Below are positions 46,356 through 56,227 of a stretch of DNA of 64,000 bases, in pieces. This stretch comes from Chloroflexota bacterium. Its GTDB lineage: Bacteria; Chloroflexota; Dehalococcoidia; E44-bin15. The translations under genes and the position numbers were made by a program. The stretch is from contig JAXHUE010000003.1 in the NCBI GenBank assembly GCA_034189655.1, forward strand, positions 35,969 to 99,968. Reading direction: 5' to 3'. Positions within the stretch are counted from its first letter, which is position 1, and the number at the start of each line of letters is the position of its first letter. Under the pieces are notes generated by a model. That model was not told the origin of the DNA. It did no database searches and saw nothing but the letters and a program-made list of their open reading frames with translations.

Positions 46356-47561
46356 TCATGCCGGGGTGACCTCCCGCCGCAGCCGCTCGATGAGCTGTTG
46401 CGGGGCGGCGTCCTCGGGCGCGGCACCGGGCCCGGTGCCGGCCACCATCTCATCGATGCGGGCAAGCAGCCCGTCCAGGCCCCACCCCCTGGCCGCCGAG
46501 ACCAGGAGCGCTGCCTGTCCGCTCTCCCTCACCGAGCCGTTGAACTCTTCGAGCTCGTCGGCGGATGCCAGGAAAAGGTCTACCTTGTTTAAGACGGCGA
46601 GCCTGGGCTTATCGCCCAGCCCCAGCTCGTCGAGGATATGCTCCACGGTGGTGCTCTGCTCGACGGCATTGGGATGATTTATGTCAATTACATGGAGGAG
46701 GAGGTCGGCCTCGGCCAGCTCCTCCAGGGTGGCCCTGAAGGCGGCGATGACGGCGTGGGGCAGCTTGTTGATGAAGCCCACGGTATCCGATATGAGCAAC
46801 TGACCCCCGCCGGGCATCGAAAGCCGCCTGGTGGTGGGGTCGAGGGTGGCGAACAGGCGGTCCTCGACGAGGACGCCGGCGTGGCTCAAGGCATTGAAGA
46901 TGGTGCTCTTGCCGGCGTTGGTGTAGCCGATGAGGGCGGCGACGGGGATGCCGCTCGCCGAGCGCTGGCGGCGGTAGAGGGCGCGGTGCCTCCTCACCTG
47001 CTCTATCTCCCGTTTGAGCCTGCCTATGCGCTCGCGGACGAGGCGGCGGTCGGTCTCGATCTGGGTCTCGCCGGGCCCCCTGGTGCCGATGCCGCCGCCG
47101 AGGCGTTCCAGGTGGCTCCACTGGCCGGCCAGGCGGGGCAGGAGGTACTGGTGCTGGGCCAGCTCCACCTGGAGGCGGCCCTCGTGGGTATGGGCACGGC
47201 GGGAGAAGATATCCAGGATGAGGGCGGTGCGGTCTATTATCTTCACCTCCAGGGCGCGCTCCAGGTTGCGCTGCTGGGTGGGAGAGAGCTCATCGTCGAA
47301 GATGGCCAGGTCGTAGCCCAGCCTGTCACGGAGCTCGACCAGCTCCTGTACCTTCCCCCGGCCTATGTAGTAGGCCGGGGTGGGCCGGGCCAGGCGCTGC
47401 ACCGTGGCCCCGACGATCTCGGCGCCGGCGGTGGTGGCAAGCTGTGCCAGCTCCTCGATGGAGTCCTCGGCGCTCCAGGCATCGCGTGCCCCCTTCACCG
47501 CCACGCCGATGAGGAAGGCCCTCTCTGCCGGGCTGCGGGTAGGAACGGTGCTCCTGGTGAT
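46356..47561 (-). CDS. hflX: GTPase HflX (start codon uncertain: annotated GTG 47504, probable upstream non-canonical start near 47561)
   Basis: G-domain GYTNAGKSTIFNALS, DTVGF, NKVD. The frame stays open upstream of GTG 47504 and encodes ...TRSPAERAFLIGVAV, matching the conserved HflX N-terminus (E.coli ...DAGEQAVLVHI). An AGGAGG lies 6 nt before an in-frame ATC at 47561. Confidence 0.8.
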   Translation of the reverse strand: MTRSTVPTRSPAERAFLIGVAVKGARDAWSAEDSIEELAQLATTAGAEIVGATVQRLARPTPAYYIGRGKVQELVELRDRLGYDLAIFDDELSPTQQRNLERALEVKIIDRTALILDIFSRRAHTHEGRLQVELAQHQYLLPRLAGQWSHLERLGGGIGTRGPGETQIETDRRLVRERIGRLKREIEQVRRHRALYRRQRSASGIPVAALIGYTNAGKSTIFNALSHAGVLVEDRLFATLDPTTRRLSMPGGGQLLISDTVGFINKLPHAVIAAFRATLEELAEADLLLHVIDINHPNAVEQSTTVEHILDELGLGDKPRLAVLNKVDLFLASADELEEFNGSVRESGQAALLVSAARGWGLDGLLARIDEMVAGTGPGAAPEDAAPQQLIERLRREVTPA

Positions 47562-47574
47562 GGTCTTCCTCCTT

Positions 47575-48741
47575 CTAACCCTTCCTGTGCCAGGTGCGCA
47601 GCCTGCGCATGGCCTCCTCCAGGTGGTGGTCGGGGGTGGTGAGCGAGAGCCGGATATACCCCTCGCCGTGCCTGCCGTAGCCTATGCCCGGGGTGACCAC
47701 CACGCCTGTCTCGTCGAGCAGCGTGGCGGCGAACCCCACGGACGAGTGCCCCGGGGGCACCCGGGCCCACACGTAGAGGCTGGCGCGGGGGGTGTGGGCC
47801 TCGAGCCCGATCTCGTGGAGGGCCTGGAGCAGCAGGTCGCGGCGGCGCTGGTAGATGGCGTTGTGCTCCTCGATGCATCCCTGGGGCCCGGAGAGCGCCT
47901 CGATGGCGGCGAGCTGTATTGCCTGGGGGATGCCTGAGTCCAGGTTCGACTTCACCCTGGTGAGGGCATCGATGATGGTGGCGTTTCCCACCACCATGCC
48001 CACGCGCCACCCCGTCATGTTGTAGCTTTTTGAGAGGGAGTGGAACTCCACGGCCACCGCTTTGGCCCCTGGGACCTGGAGAGGGCTTGGTGGCCGGTAG
48101 CCGTCGAAGGCCACCTCGGTATAGGGCCCGTCGTGGCACAGCGCGATGTCGTGCCGCTGGGCGAAGGCCACCGCCCGCTCGAAGAAGTCCAGGTCGGCCA
48201 CCGCCGCCGTGGGGTTGTTGGGGTAGTTGAGCCACATGAGCCTGGCCCGCTCAGCGACATCCCTGGGTATGGCCTCGAGCTCTGGGAGGAAGCCGTTCTC
48301 CTCCAGGAGCGGCATGAAGTGCGGGGTGCCGCCGCAGAACATGGTGCCGATAGAGTACACCGGGTAGCCGGGGTCTGGCACCAGGGCGATATCGCCGGGG
48401 TCGATGAAGCACAGGGAGATGTGCCCGATGCCGTCCTTGGAGCCGATGAGGGGCAGCACCTCCCGCTCCGGGTCGAGGCTGATGTCGAAGCGGGCCTGGT
48501 ACCACCGGGCGATGGCCTGGCGTAGCTCGGGGAGCCCCTCGGACTCGGGGTAGCGATGGTTACTGGGGTCCCTGGCCGCCTGGCACAGGCGCTCGATGAC
48601 GTGGCCCGGCGTAGGGATATCCGGGTCACCGATAGCCAGGCTGATGACGTCCTCGCCCCGCGCCCGCTTCTCCGCGATCTTACGGGATATCTCGACGAAG
48701 AGGTACGGGGGCAGCTCCTTGATGCGCTGGGCCAGCCGCAT
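47575..48741 (-). CDS. dapL: PLP-dependent aminotransferase, LL-diaminopimelate aminotransferase (DapL)-like
   Basis: N-terminus LAQRIKELPPYLFVEI...ISLAIGDPDIPTP resembles DapL. SLSKSYNMTGWRVG carries the PLP-lysine. dapF lies 500 bp downstream. Confidence 0.6.
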   Translation of the reverse strand: MRLAQRIKELPPYLFVEISRKIAEKRARGEDVISLAIGDPDIPTPGHVIERLCQAARDPSNHRYPESEGLPELRQAIARWYQARFDISLDPEREVLPLIGSKDGIGHISLCFIDPGDIALVPDPGYPVYSIGTMFCGGTPHFMPLLEENGFLPELEAIPRDVAERARLMWLNYPNNPTAAVADLDFFERAVAFAQRHDIALCHDGPYTEVAFDGYRPPSPLQVPGAKAVAVEFHSLSKSYNMTGWRVGMVVGNATIIDALTRVKSNLDSGIPQAIQLAAIEALSGPQGCIEEHNAIYQRRRDLLLQALHEIGLEAHTPRASLYVWARVPPGHSSVGFAATLLDETGVVVTPGIGYGRHGEGYIRLSLTTPDHHLEEAMRRLRTWHRKG

Positions 48742-48776
48742 TACTCTACCTTCTTCCCGCGCCGGTATGATTTATG

Positions 48777-49208
48777 TTAAGTGCTCATCCGCTTCTTGAG
48801 CACCTCGAGCACCGGCGGGTCCCACGAGGCCTGGTCCCAGGCGCGGGAGCCGGAGATATCGAGCTTCTCGGCGTCGAGCGTGGCCCCCCTGAAGTTGGCC
48901 TCCTGGAGGTCGGTGCGGGCCAGCACGGCACCTGTCAGGTCGGCGCCGCCGAAGTCGGCCCCCCTGAGGCGGGCCCGGGTGAGGTCGGCGCCTTTGAGGT
49001 TGGCGCCGGAGAGGTCGGCGTCGGTGAGGTCGGCGCCGTTCATGTTTGCCTCCGAGAGGTTGGCGCCGGAGAGGTCACAGTTCAAGAGGTTGGCCTGGAC
49101 CAGGGTAGCGCCTGAGAAGTCGTACCCGCTCAAGTCCTCGCCGCGGAAGTTGGCCTCGGGCAGTATGGCACCTGCCATGTTCTTTCCTGCTTGTTCGCTC
49201 ATGTGCAA
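48777..49208 (-). CDS. Pentapeptide-repeat protein (143 aa)
   Basis: Consecutive A(D/N)LxG-type pentapeptide repeats (ANLLNCDLSGANLSEANMNGADLTDADLSGANLKGADLTRARLRGADFGGADLTGAVL). Confidence 0.75.
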   Translation of the reverse strand: MHMSEQAGKNMAGAILPEANFRGEDLSGYDFSGATLVQANLLNCDLSGANLSEANMNGADLTDADLSGANLKGADLTRARLRGADFGGADLTGAVLARTDLQEANFRGATLDAEKLDISGSRAWDQASWDPPVLEVLKKRMST

Positions 49209-49251
49209 TCTTCCTCCTCGGTACGTATTTTACCCTCCCTGCCGCCAGATG

Positions 49252-50091
49252 TCATCCGTCCCCGGGCCACTCGCCCCGGAACACCAGCCCCGCCGCCCCC
49301 TGGAGCACTACCTCCCCTGCCCCTGCCCACTCGATGGTGAGCGTGCCCCCGGGCAGCACTACGTCGACCGGGCTCTCGGCGAGGCCCAGGCAGCGCGCCG
49401 CCACGGCGATGGCACAGGCGCCGCTGCCGCAGGAGAGGGTCTCCCCTGCCCCGCGCTCCCACACCCGGGCCTGGATCTCCCTGCGGCTGGCGATGGTGGC
49501 CACCTCGAAGTTGGTGCGGTTTAGGAAGAGGGGGTGGTCTTCCACCTCCGGCCCCACCTGGGAGAGGGGGAATTCCTCCACAGGCCCCGGTGTGAAATGG
49601 ACAGCGTGGGGGTTCCCCATAGAGAGGCAGCTTACGGAGAGCTCCTGTCCCGCCACCGCGAGCGGGAAACCTATTGTTATGTCAATATCATCGCTCACCA
49701 GCATCGGTATCTGCCACGCCCCGAAGCCGGGCACGCCCATACCCACCCGGGCCCCGGTGACCGCGCCTCCTTCCCTGGTGACGTGCGCCCTTCTCGTCCC
49801 GGCCCTGGTCTCTACCGTGAGCTCGTCGCCGCTGGCGAGGCCGTGCGTCACGGCGTACACCGCCAGGCAGCGCAGGCCGTTGCCGCAGGCCTCGGCCTCC
49901 GAGCCGTCGGGGTTGAGCATGCGCATGCCCACGTCGGCGTGCTGCGAGGGCGTGACCAGGATGAGGCCGTCGCCCCCGACGCCCAGGTGGCGGTGGCACA
50001 TGGCCACGGCCAGGCGGGGCCAGTCCCGCTCCTCGTGGGCCTCGACCAGGACGAAGTCGTTGCCCGTGGCCTCCATCTTGGTGAACTTCAC
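49252..50091 (-). CDS. dapF: Diaminopimelate epimerase
   Basis: N-terminus VKFTKMEATGNDFVLV (E.coli MQFSKMHGLGNDFMVV) and the two active-site Cys contexts (CGNGLRC, SCGSGACA). The ORF-track N-terminal extension to 50628 is low-complexity P/G/R-rich and spurious. Confidence 0.85.
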   Translation of the reverse strand: MKFTKMEATGNDFVLVEAHEERDWPRLAVAMCHRHLGVGGDGLILVTPSQHADVGMRMLNPDGSEAEACGNGLRCLAVYAVTHGLASGDELTVETRAGTRRAHVTREGGAVTGARVGMGVPGFGAWQIPMLVSDDIDITIGFPLAVAGQELSVSCLSMGNPHAVHFTPGPVEEFPLSQVGPEVEDHPLFLNRTNFEVATIASRREIQARVWERGAGETLSCGSGACAIAVAARCLGLAESPVDVVLPGGTLTIEWAGAGEVVLQGAAGLVFRGEWPGDG

Positions 50092-50198
50092 TCTTTCGCC
50101 CTCTCCCTCTCTAGTGCCTTTTCCGTGATGGCCCGGCACGAGCCGATATACCGCCGGCCACCAACGTTTTTCCGCCCCGCCATTACAGGCCAGCCCGT

Positions 50199-51128
50199 CT
50201 AGCGAGCCGCCCTCTCGCCCGCGAGGAAGCCCTCGGCCAGGTGTCGGGCCTGGGCGTTCGCGCCCTCGGCCGCGTCGAGCCAGTGGATGCGCTCGTCGTT
50301 GGGGCGGAACCAGGCGTACTGCTTGCGAGCGAGGCGGTGGGTATCGTGCTTGGTGTGCTGCACCGCCTCGTCGAGGGTGATGTCCCCCTGGAGGTAGCGG
50401 CCGATGTAGCGGTATCCCAGGGAGGACATGGCGGGCAGGTCGAGCCCGTAGCCCCGGGCCACCAGCCCCTCCACCTCCGCCACCAGGCCCCGCCGCATCA
50501 TGTCCTCCACCCTTCGGTCGATGCGGTGGTAGAGGTCGTCCCGCTCCATGGTAAGCCCGATGATGAGGGTGCGGAAGAGGGGCTCGCTGCGATAGAGCTG
50601 GGAGAAAGGCGTCCCCGTCGCCTGGCACACCTCCAGCGCGCGCACCACCCGGCGCACGTTGCGTGGGTCGATGCGCCCTGCGGCTTCGGGGTCCCGCTCG
50701 AGGAGCTCCTGGTGGAGCGCCATGTAGCCGTGGCGCGCCGCCCTCTCCTCCAGCTCGCGGCGCAGCGCCTGGTCCGGCGGGACGTGAGGTATCCTCATGC
50801 CGGCGAGCACCGACCAGACATAGAGGCCACTGCCGCCGACGAGGAGGGCGCTCCTGCCCCTTGCCCCGATGTCCTCCACCGCGCGGAGCGCCATGTCCTG
50901 GTAGCGGGCCAGGCTGAAGTCCTCGTCGGGGTCGGCGACGTCGATGAGGTGGTGCGGTGCCGCCGCCCTCTGCTCCGCGGTGGGCTTTGCCGTGCCGATG
51001 TCCATGAAGCGGTAGACCTGGCGGCTATCGGCGCCCACGATCTCGGCGTCCAGGGCCTGGGCCAGGTGCAGGGCCAGGTCGCTCTTGCCGGTGGCGGTAG
51101 GCCCCACGATGGCGACGAGCTCCCTCAT
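50199..51128 (-). CDS. miaA: tRNA dimethylallyltransferase
   Basis: P-loop IVGPTATGKSDLALHLA and DSRQVYR. Confidence 0.9.
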   Translation of the reverse strand: MRELVAIVGPTATGKSDLALHLAQALDAEIVGADSRQVYRFMDIGTAKPTAEQRAAAPHHLIDVADPDEDFSLARYQDMALRAVEDIGARGRSALLVGGSGLYVWSVLAGMRIPHVPPDQALRRELEERAARHGYMALHQELLERDPEAAGRIDPRNVRRVVRALEVCQATGTPFSQLYRSEPLFRTLIIGLTMERDDLYHRIDRRVEDMMRRGLVAEVEGLVARGYGLDLPAMSSLGYRYIGRYLQGDITLDEAVQHTKHDTHRLARKQYAWFRPNDERIHWLDAAEGANAQARHLAEGFLAGERAAR

Positions 51129-51889
51129 GGGCCTCCCCTGCCCCGTGCCGCCTGCTGCACGATGCTCACGAACTCCTCGGCCTTTAAGCTGGCCCCGCCG
51201 ACCAGGGCGCCGTCGATATCGGGCTGCTCCATGAAGCCGGCGATGTTGGCCGCGGTGACGCTGCCGCCGTAGAGGATGCGCATCGCCCCTGCCGCGTCCT
51301 CGCCGAAGAGCCCGGCCACGGTGCGGCGCAGCAGCGCGATGGTGTCGTTCGATTCAGAGGGGGTGGCGGCGCGGCCGGTGCCTATGGCCCACACCGGCTC
51401 GTAGGCGATGACCGTGTCGCCCGGGGCGTCGATGCCGTCGAGCCCCTTCCTGGTCTGGGACACCACCACCTCCTCGGTGCGTCCCGCCTCCCGCTCCTCC
51501 AGCCTCTCCCCGACGCACAGGATGGGCACCAGGCCGTGGGCCAGGGCGGCCTTCACCTTGCGGTTTATGGCCTCGTCGCCCTCGCCGAAGACGTGCCTGC
51601 GCTCCGAGTGCCCCAGGATGACGAGCTGGCACAGCCCTTTGAGCATGAGGGGCGAGACCTCACCGGTGAAGGCGCCTCGCTCCTCGAAGTGCATAGTCTG
51701 CGCCCCCAGCCGTATCGAGGAGCCAGTGGTGAGCGCGGCCACCGCGGCCAGCGAGATGAAGGGGGGGCAGAGCACCTTGTCCACCCCCTCGGTGGCGTCG
51801 AGGGCCCCCTTCATCGCCGTCACCAGGTCGACGGCCTCCGCGATGGTGGTGTTCATCTTCCAGTTGCCAGCGATCATCGGTCTTCGCAT
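51125..51889 (-). CDS. tpiA: Triose-phosphate isomerase
   Basis: [26 protein letters not shown]. Confidence 0.95.
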   Translation of the reverse strand: MRRPMIAGNWKMNTTIAEAVDLVTAMKGALDATEGVDKVLCPPFISLAAVAALTTGSSIRLGAQTMHFEERGAFTGEVSPLMLKGLCQLVILGHSERRHVFGEGDEAINRKVKAALAHGLVPILCVGERLEEREAGRTEEVVVSQTRKGLDGIDAPGDTVIAYEPVWAIGTGRAATPSESNDTIALLRRTVAGLFGEDAAGAMRILYGGSVTAANIAGFMEQPDIDGALVGGASLKAEEFVSIVQQAARGRGGP

Positions 51890-51901
51890 GGTAGCCGTCC
51901 T

Positions 51902-53104
51902 TTATGCTCCGTATTTGTCCAGCTTGCCCGCGTTGGCCATGGCCAGGGGCATCAGGCTGGTAGCGGGGAGGGTGCCCAGCCCCCCGGCACGGCACGCCGC
52001 CTCGGAGAACTGCGTGACTTGGTCGCGGCGGCACAGGCGCGAGCGCAGCAGGCAGGGCACCGGGTGCCAGCTATGGCTGGCCATGGCCGCCGGTGTGGAG
52101 TGGTCGGCGGTTATGACCATGACGTCGGGCTCGAGGGCGACGATGCCGGGCAGGTGGCGGTCCACCTCCTCGATGACGCGCACCTTGCGCTCGAAGTCGC
52201 CGTCCTCGCCGGCGCTGTCGGTCTCCTTGACGTGGAGGAAGAAGAAATCATAGCCGTCGTAGCTCTCTACGAGGGTGGCCACCTCGTCCTCGATGCTGGG
52301 GCCGGTGTCCAGGACCTCCATGCCCACCACCTTGGCCAGGCCGCGGTACATGGGGTAGGCGGCGATGGCCGCGGCCTTGAGCTTGTAGACCTGCCCCATG
52401 GGGGGGAGCTTTGGATACTGGGCGAAGCCGCGCAGCAGCACCATGTTGGTGGGGTGATGGTCGGCGAGGATGGTGGCGGCCCGGGCCAGGAACTCGTTGG
52501 CGATGTAGGCCGTCCGCCGCGACGCCGCGTCGAGGGCGGCCACCTTCCTGGGGGCCAGCCCCTCCTGTTGCGGGTCGCTGCCGGTGAGGGCGCCAGAGAG
52601 CCCTTCGCCGCGGAAGACGGCGGCGAGGCGGTGCTCCTTGACCGCGGTGACCAGGACGGTGGTGCCCTCGATCTCCATGCCGTCGAGGAGGCGGCACATC
52701 TCGGTGCAGCGCTCGGTGGCGATGCGCCCGGCGCGGCGGTCGGTTATGGTGCCCTCCCGGTCCACGGTGCACAGGTTGCCGCGGGCGGCGACGTCCCCAT
52801 CCTTGAGGTCGAAATCTATGCCCAGCGCCTCCAGGATGCCGCGCCCCACGGTGAAGCGCAGCGGGTCGTAGCCGAAGAGGGCCAGGTGGCCCGGGGCGCT
52901 CCCCGGCGTGATCCCGGGGGCCACCGGGTCCAGGAGGCCGCATATCCCCTCGCTGGCCAGGCGGTCCATGGTGGGGGTGTGGGCCGTCTCCAGCTCCGTC
53001 TTCCCCGTCTCGGGGTGAGGCAGCCCTCCCAGGCCGTCCATGACCACCAGCACTATCTTGGTGGGGGTGGTGCGGGCGATATCGGCGATGACATCCAGCT
53101 CCAT
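51902..53104 (-). CDS. apgM: Cofactor-independent phosphoglycerate mutase, archaeal type (ApgM)
   Basis: 400 aa alkaline-phosphatase superfamily. ApgM-type N-terminus ([12 protein letters not shown]) and C-terminal ADHSTP motif. Confidence 0.75.
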   Translation of the reverse strand: MELDVIADIARTTPTKIVLVVMDGLGGLPHPETGKTELETAHTPTMDRLASEGICGLLDPVAPGITPGSAPGHLALFGYDPLRFTVGRGILEALGIDFDLKDGDVAARGNLCTVDREGTITDRRAGRIATERCTEMCRLLDGMEIEGTTVLVTAVKEHRLAAVFRGEGLSGALTGSDPQQEGLAPRKVAALDAASRRTAYIANEFLARAATILADHHPTNMVLLRGFAQYPKLPPMGQVYKLKAAAIAAYPMYRGLAKVVGMEVLDTGPSIEDEVATLVESYDGYDFFFLHVKETDSAGEDGDFERKVRVIEEVDRHLPGIVALEPDVMVITADHSTPAAMASHSWHPVPCLLRSRLCRRDQVTQFSEAACRAGGLGTLPATSLMPLAMANAGKLDKYGA

Positions 53105-53106
53105 GG

Positions 53107-54300
53107 CTATCCCTCTCTCTCGGCTAACACTGCGATCCCGGGGAGGGTCTTGCCCTCGAGGAACTCCAGGGAGGCGCCGCCCCCGGTGGATACGTGGGTC
53201 ATCCTGTCGGCGAGGCCCAGCTCGGCGACGGCCTCGGCGGTGGAGCCGCCGCCGATGATGGTGGCGGCGTCGAGCCCGGCGAGGAGCCTGGCCATGGCGT
53301 AGGTCCCTTCCTGGAACTTGGGGTACTCGAAGACCCCCATGGGCCCGTTCCAGATGACCGTCCTGCAGGTGATGAGCTCCTCTTCGAAGCGCGCGATGGT
53401 CTTGGGCCCGATGTCCATGATGAGCCAGCCGTCGGGTATGTCGCTGAGGGGCACCACGCGGCTTGCGGCCTCGGGGTGGAACCCGTCGGCGACGCAGACG
53501 TCTTCGGGCAGGAGGAGGCGGACGTCCCGCTTCCGCGCCCGCTCCATGAGGTCCTGGGCCAGCTCTATCTTGTCCTCCTCCACTGCCGAGCTGCCCACGG
53601 TGTGGCCCAGGGCGCGTGCGAAGGTGGAGACCATGCCGCCGCCGATGAGCAGGCTGTCCACGCGGGCGAGGATGTGCTCCAGGACGCCTATCTTATCGCT
53701 TATCTTGGCCCCGCCGATGAGAGCGGCCAGGGGGCGGGCCGGGCTCTCCAGTGCACCGCCCAGGGCATCGAGCTCCCGCTCCAGCAGGAGCCCGGCCACT
53801 GCCGGGAGGTACTGGGCCACGCCCACGGTGGAGGCGTGGGCGCGGTGGGCGGTGCCGAAGGCATCGTCGATATAGACTTCGCCCAGCCTGGCCAGCGCCC
53901 GGGCGAACTCGGGGTCGTTGCGCTCCTCCTCAGGGTGGAAGCGCAGGTTCTCCAGGAGGAGGACATCGCCGTCGTTCAAGGCGGCGGCCGCCGCCTCCAC
54001 CTCGGGGCCGATGCAGTCAGTGGCCGTTGCCACCTCCCTGCCCAGGAGTGCAGAGAGGGCCTGGGCCACCGGGGCCATCCTCATCGACTCCACCACCTTG
54101 CCCCCGGGCCGGCCCAGGTGAGAGCACAGGACCACCCTGGCCCCCTGCTCGACGAGGTACCTGATGGTGGGGAGCACCGCCTTCAGGCGGGTGTCGTCGG
54201 AGATGGCGCCCGTCTCCCGGCCCATGGGGACGTTCAGGTCTACCCTGACCAGGACCCTCTTTCCCCGCACGTCGATGTCGCGCAGGCCCTTCTTGCTCAT
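53107..54300 (-). CDS. pgk: Phosphoglycerate kinase
   Basis: [13 protein letters not shown]-terminus and GGGASLE C-terminus. Confidence 0.95.
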   Translation of the reverse strand: MSKKGLRDIDVRGKRVLVRVDLNVPMGRETGAISDDTRLKAVLPTIRYLVEQGARVVLCSHLGRPGGKVVESMRMAPVAQALSALLGREVATATDCIGPEVEAAAAALNDGDVLLLENLRFHPEEERNDPEFARALARLGEVYIDDAFGTAHRAHASTVGVAQYLPAVAGLLLERELDALGGALESPARPLAALIGGAKISDKIGVLEHILARVDSLLIGGGMVSTFARALGHTVGSSAVEEDKIELAQDLMERARKRDVRLLLPEDVCVADGFHPEAASRVVPLSDIPDGWLIMDIGPKTIARFEEELITCRTVIWNGPMGVFEYPKFQEGTYAMARLLAGLDAATIIGGGSTAEAVAELGLADRMTHVSTGGGASLEFLEGKTLPGIAVLAEREG

Positions 54301-55076
54301 CGCCTTACCTCGCTGTCGAGTTTCTCCTTTATGGCGCGGGCGTCGGCCACCGCCTGCGGGGCGGCCTCGAACACGCTCACGCCCTTGCGGTCGGCCTCAA
54401 TTATCTCGGGGTTGTAGCTGATGAAGCCCAGCACCTCGAAGTCGCCTGCGCCTTCGCGGATGAACTGGCGGTCGGCCTCGCCCTGGGCCTTGGAGCCTAC
54501 CGCGTAGCACTTCTCGACGCCGATATCCCTGGCCAGCTGTCTGATGGCCTGGGCCGTCTGCAGGCTGCGCCTGCCCGGCTCTACCACCACGATGAAGGCG
54601 TCCACCGCGGCGGCGGTGCCGCGCCCGATGTGCTCCATGCCGGCGTCCATGTCCATGATGACCACGTCGGACTCGCGCAGCAGCAGGTGGTTCATCAGGC
54701 CCTTCAAGAGGGCGCTCTCTGGGCACATACAGCCCCCGCCCCCCTTCTTCACCGCACCCATGACCAGGAGCCTCACCCCGTCGACCCGTGCCGAGAAGCG
54801 CTCCGGGATATCGTCCACGCGCGGGTTCAAGGTGAAGAATGCCCCCTGGCTCCCCGGCCGGGCCCCGGTGCGCTCCTCGATCAAGTCCTCCATCTCGGCG
54901 ATGGGGGTGATGAGGCGCGCCTGCTCCGCCGGGAGGCCCAGTGCCATCCCCAGGTTGGCGTCGGGGTTGGCGTCTATGGCGAGCACGTTCATACCATCGG
55001 CTGCGTACAGCCTGGCCAGCAGGCTGGCCAGCGTGGTCTTGCCCACGCCCCCTTTTCCGGTGATTGCCACCTTCAT
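54297..55076 (-). CDS. cooC: Second CooC-family Ni-insertion ATPase paralog
   Basis: MKVAITGKGGVGKTT deviant Walker A and CMCPES CxC motif. 259 aa. ~40% identity by eye to the acs-cluster cooC. Confidence 0.7.
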   Translation of the reverse strand: MKVAITGKGGVGKTTLASLLARLYAADGMNVLAIDANPDANLGMALGLPAEQARLITPIAEMEDLIEERTGARPGSQGAFFTLNPRVDDIPERFSARVDGVRLLVMGAVKKGGGGCMCPESALLKGLMNHLLLRESDVVIMDMDAGMEHIGRGTAAAVDAFIVVVEPGRRSLQTAQAIRQLARDIGVEKCYAVGSKAQGEADRQFIREGAGDFEVLGFISYNPEIIEADRKGVSVFEAAPQAVADARAIKEKLDSEVRR

Positions 55077-55089
55077 AGCTGCTACCTCA

Positions 55090-55656
55090 CTATAGCGTAG
55101 TGGGCCTGCTAACGCCCTTTTTCAATTGTAACTCGATCCCCTGTTGGGAGGCAAAGTCCTCTATGGCGGCCCTCATCGCCCTGGCCCTGGCCTTGATGTC
55201 GGGGCCCTGGCCCTCACCTGCCGCCACCTCGTCCGCCGCCGCGTGGAGCGAGCCTGGCGGCATGAGCGTGGCCGCCGTGCAGTAGAAGCTCATGGAGCGG
55301 CCGTCGTTGTAGCCGTCGAGGAGCCGCTCCAGCGCGATACGTCGCTCCCGCTGCTCGCCGAGCCAGGCCCAGATGCCGGCCCCCCGCACCCGTTCCAGGC
55401 CTTCCATGGCCGCCCTGCTGCTCCAGTCGCTCCCCCATCCCCTCCTGGCGAAGCGCTCGCAGGGGTACTCCTCGCACTCGACGCAGGTGACGAGCCCGCG
55501 CTTCACCACGGCGCAGCGGTAGATGCTGCACCAGGAGTGCTGCTCCCCTATGCGGCAGCCCAGGCAGCGCGAGGGCGCCCGCGACTGGTACTTGGTGCAC
55601 AGCCCGCAGTATATGCCACAGGGGCCGGCGATATCGAGCTCACCCGCCAGCACCAT
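55090..55656 (-). CDS. DUF3795-like Cys-rich metal-binding protein
   Basis: CGIYCGLC...CLGCR...CSIYRC...CVECEEYPC pattern. Start taken at internal M (55656); the ORF-track N-terminal extension is low-complexity S/R-rich. Confidence 0.5.
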   Translation of the reverse strand: MVLAGELDIAGPCGIYCGLCTKYQSRAPSRCLGCRIGEQHSWCSIYRCAVVKRGLVTCVECEEYPCERFARRGWGSDWSSRAAMEGLERVRGAGIWAWLGEQRERRIALERLLDGYNDGRSMSFYCTAATLMPPGSLHAAADEVAAGEGQGPDIKARARAMRAAIEDFASQQGIELQLKKGVSRPTTL

Positions 55657-56227
55657 GCCGGCGCCTCCTGAACCTGGGGATGAACATGGGCACCTGCTCC
55701 TTGTAGCGCAGGTACTCCTGGCCGAACTTGCGCTCAAGCTCCCGCTCCTCGACACCCTTTAAGTAGAGCACATTGAGCAGGGCGAAGAGGGGCGCGGCGA
55801 TGAAGGTATAGGATATCGAGCCCAGCACTATGCCCAGGCCCACCATCCCCACCAGCCAGCCGGCGACCATGGGGTTGCGCACAGAGCCATAGAGGCCGGT
55901 GGTCACCAGCTCCTGTGGCGAGTTCAAGGGCACCGGCGAGCCGCGGGCGATGAAGAAGCGGGCCGCCGTCCACCCGCAGAGCGCTGCCCACAGCAGGAGG
56001 AGGGGGACGCCCAGGGCGATGCTCGCCGGCGGCGAGACGAAGTGGGGGAGGTGGGCGGCCCCGTCGAGCCACAGGGAGGCGAACACCAGGAGGGCCGCGA
56101 TGCCGAACCAGAAGGTGAGCCCGATGGGGGTCACCACGGCGCGGTACCGTGGCCCCCGCGTGGTGGTGCGGTAGATGAGGTCGGCCCAGCTATCGAGAAG
56201 GCCCAAAGGGCACCTCCGTTGCGGCAC
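55640..56227 (-). CDS. Isoprenylcysteine carboxyl methyltransferase (ICMT/PEMT) family membrane methyltransferase
   Basis: TTGLYGSVRNPMVAGW ... EEREL..KFGQEYLRYKEQVPMFIP C-terminal signature. 4-5 TM helices. Start uncertain (GTG at 56227 overlaps the dxs stop). Confidence 0.6.
   Translation of the reverse strand: MPQRRCPLGLLDSWADLIYRTTTRGPRYRAVVTPIGLTFWFGIAALLVFASLWLDGAAHLPHFVSPPASIALGVPLLLLWAALCGWTAARFFIARGSPVPLNSPQELVTTGLYGSVRNPMVAGWLVGMVGLGIVLGSISYTFIAAPLFALLNVLYLKGVEERELERKFGQEYLRYKEQVPMFIPRFRRRRHGAGG

Noticed and set aside
46356-47504. hflX as a 5'-truncated pseudogene
   Set aside because: The frame remains open upstream and encodes the conserved HflX N-terminus. This is more likely a non-canonical start than gene decay.
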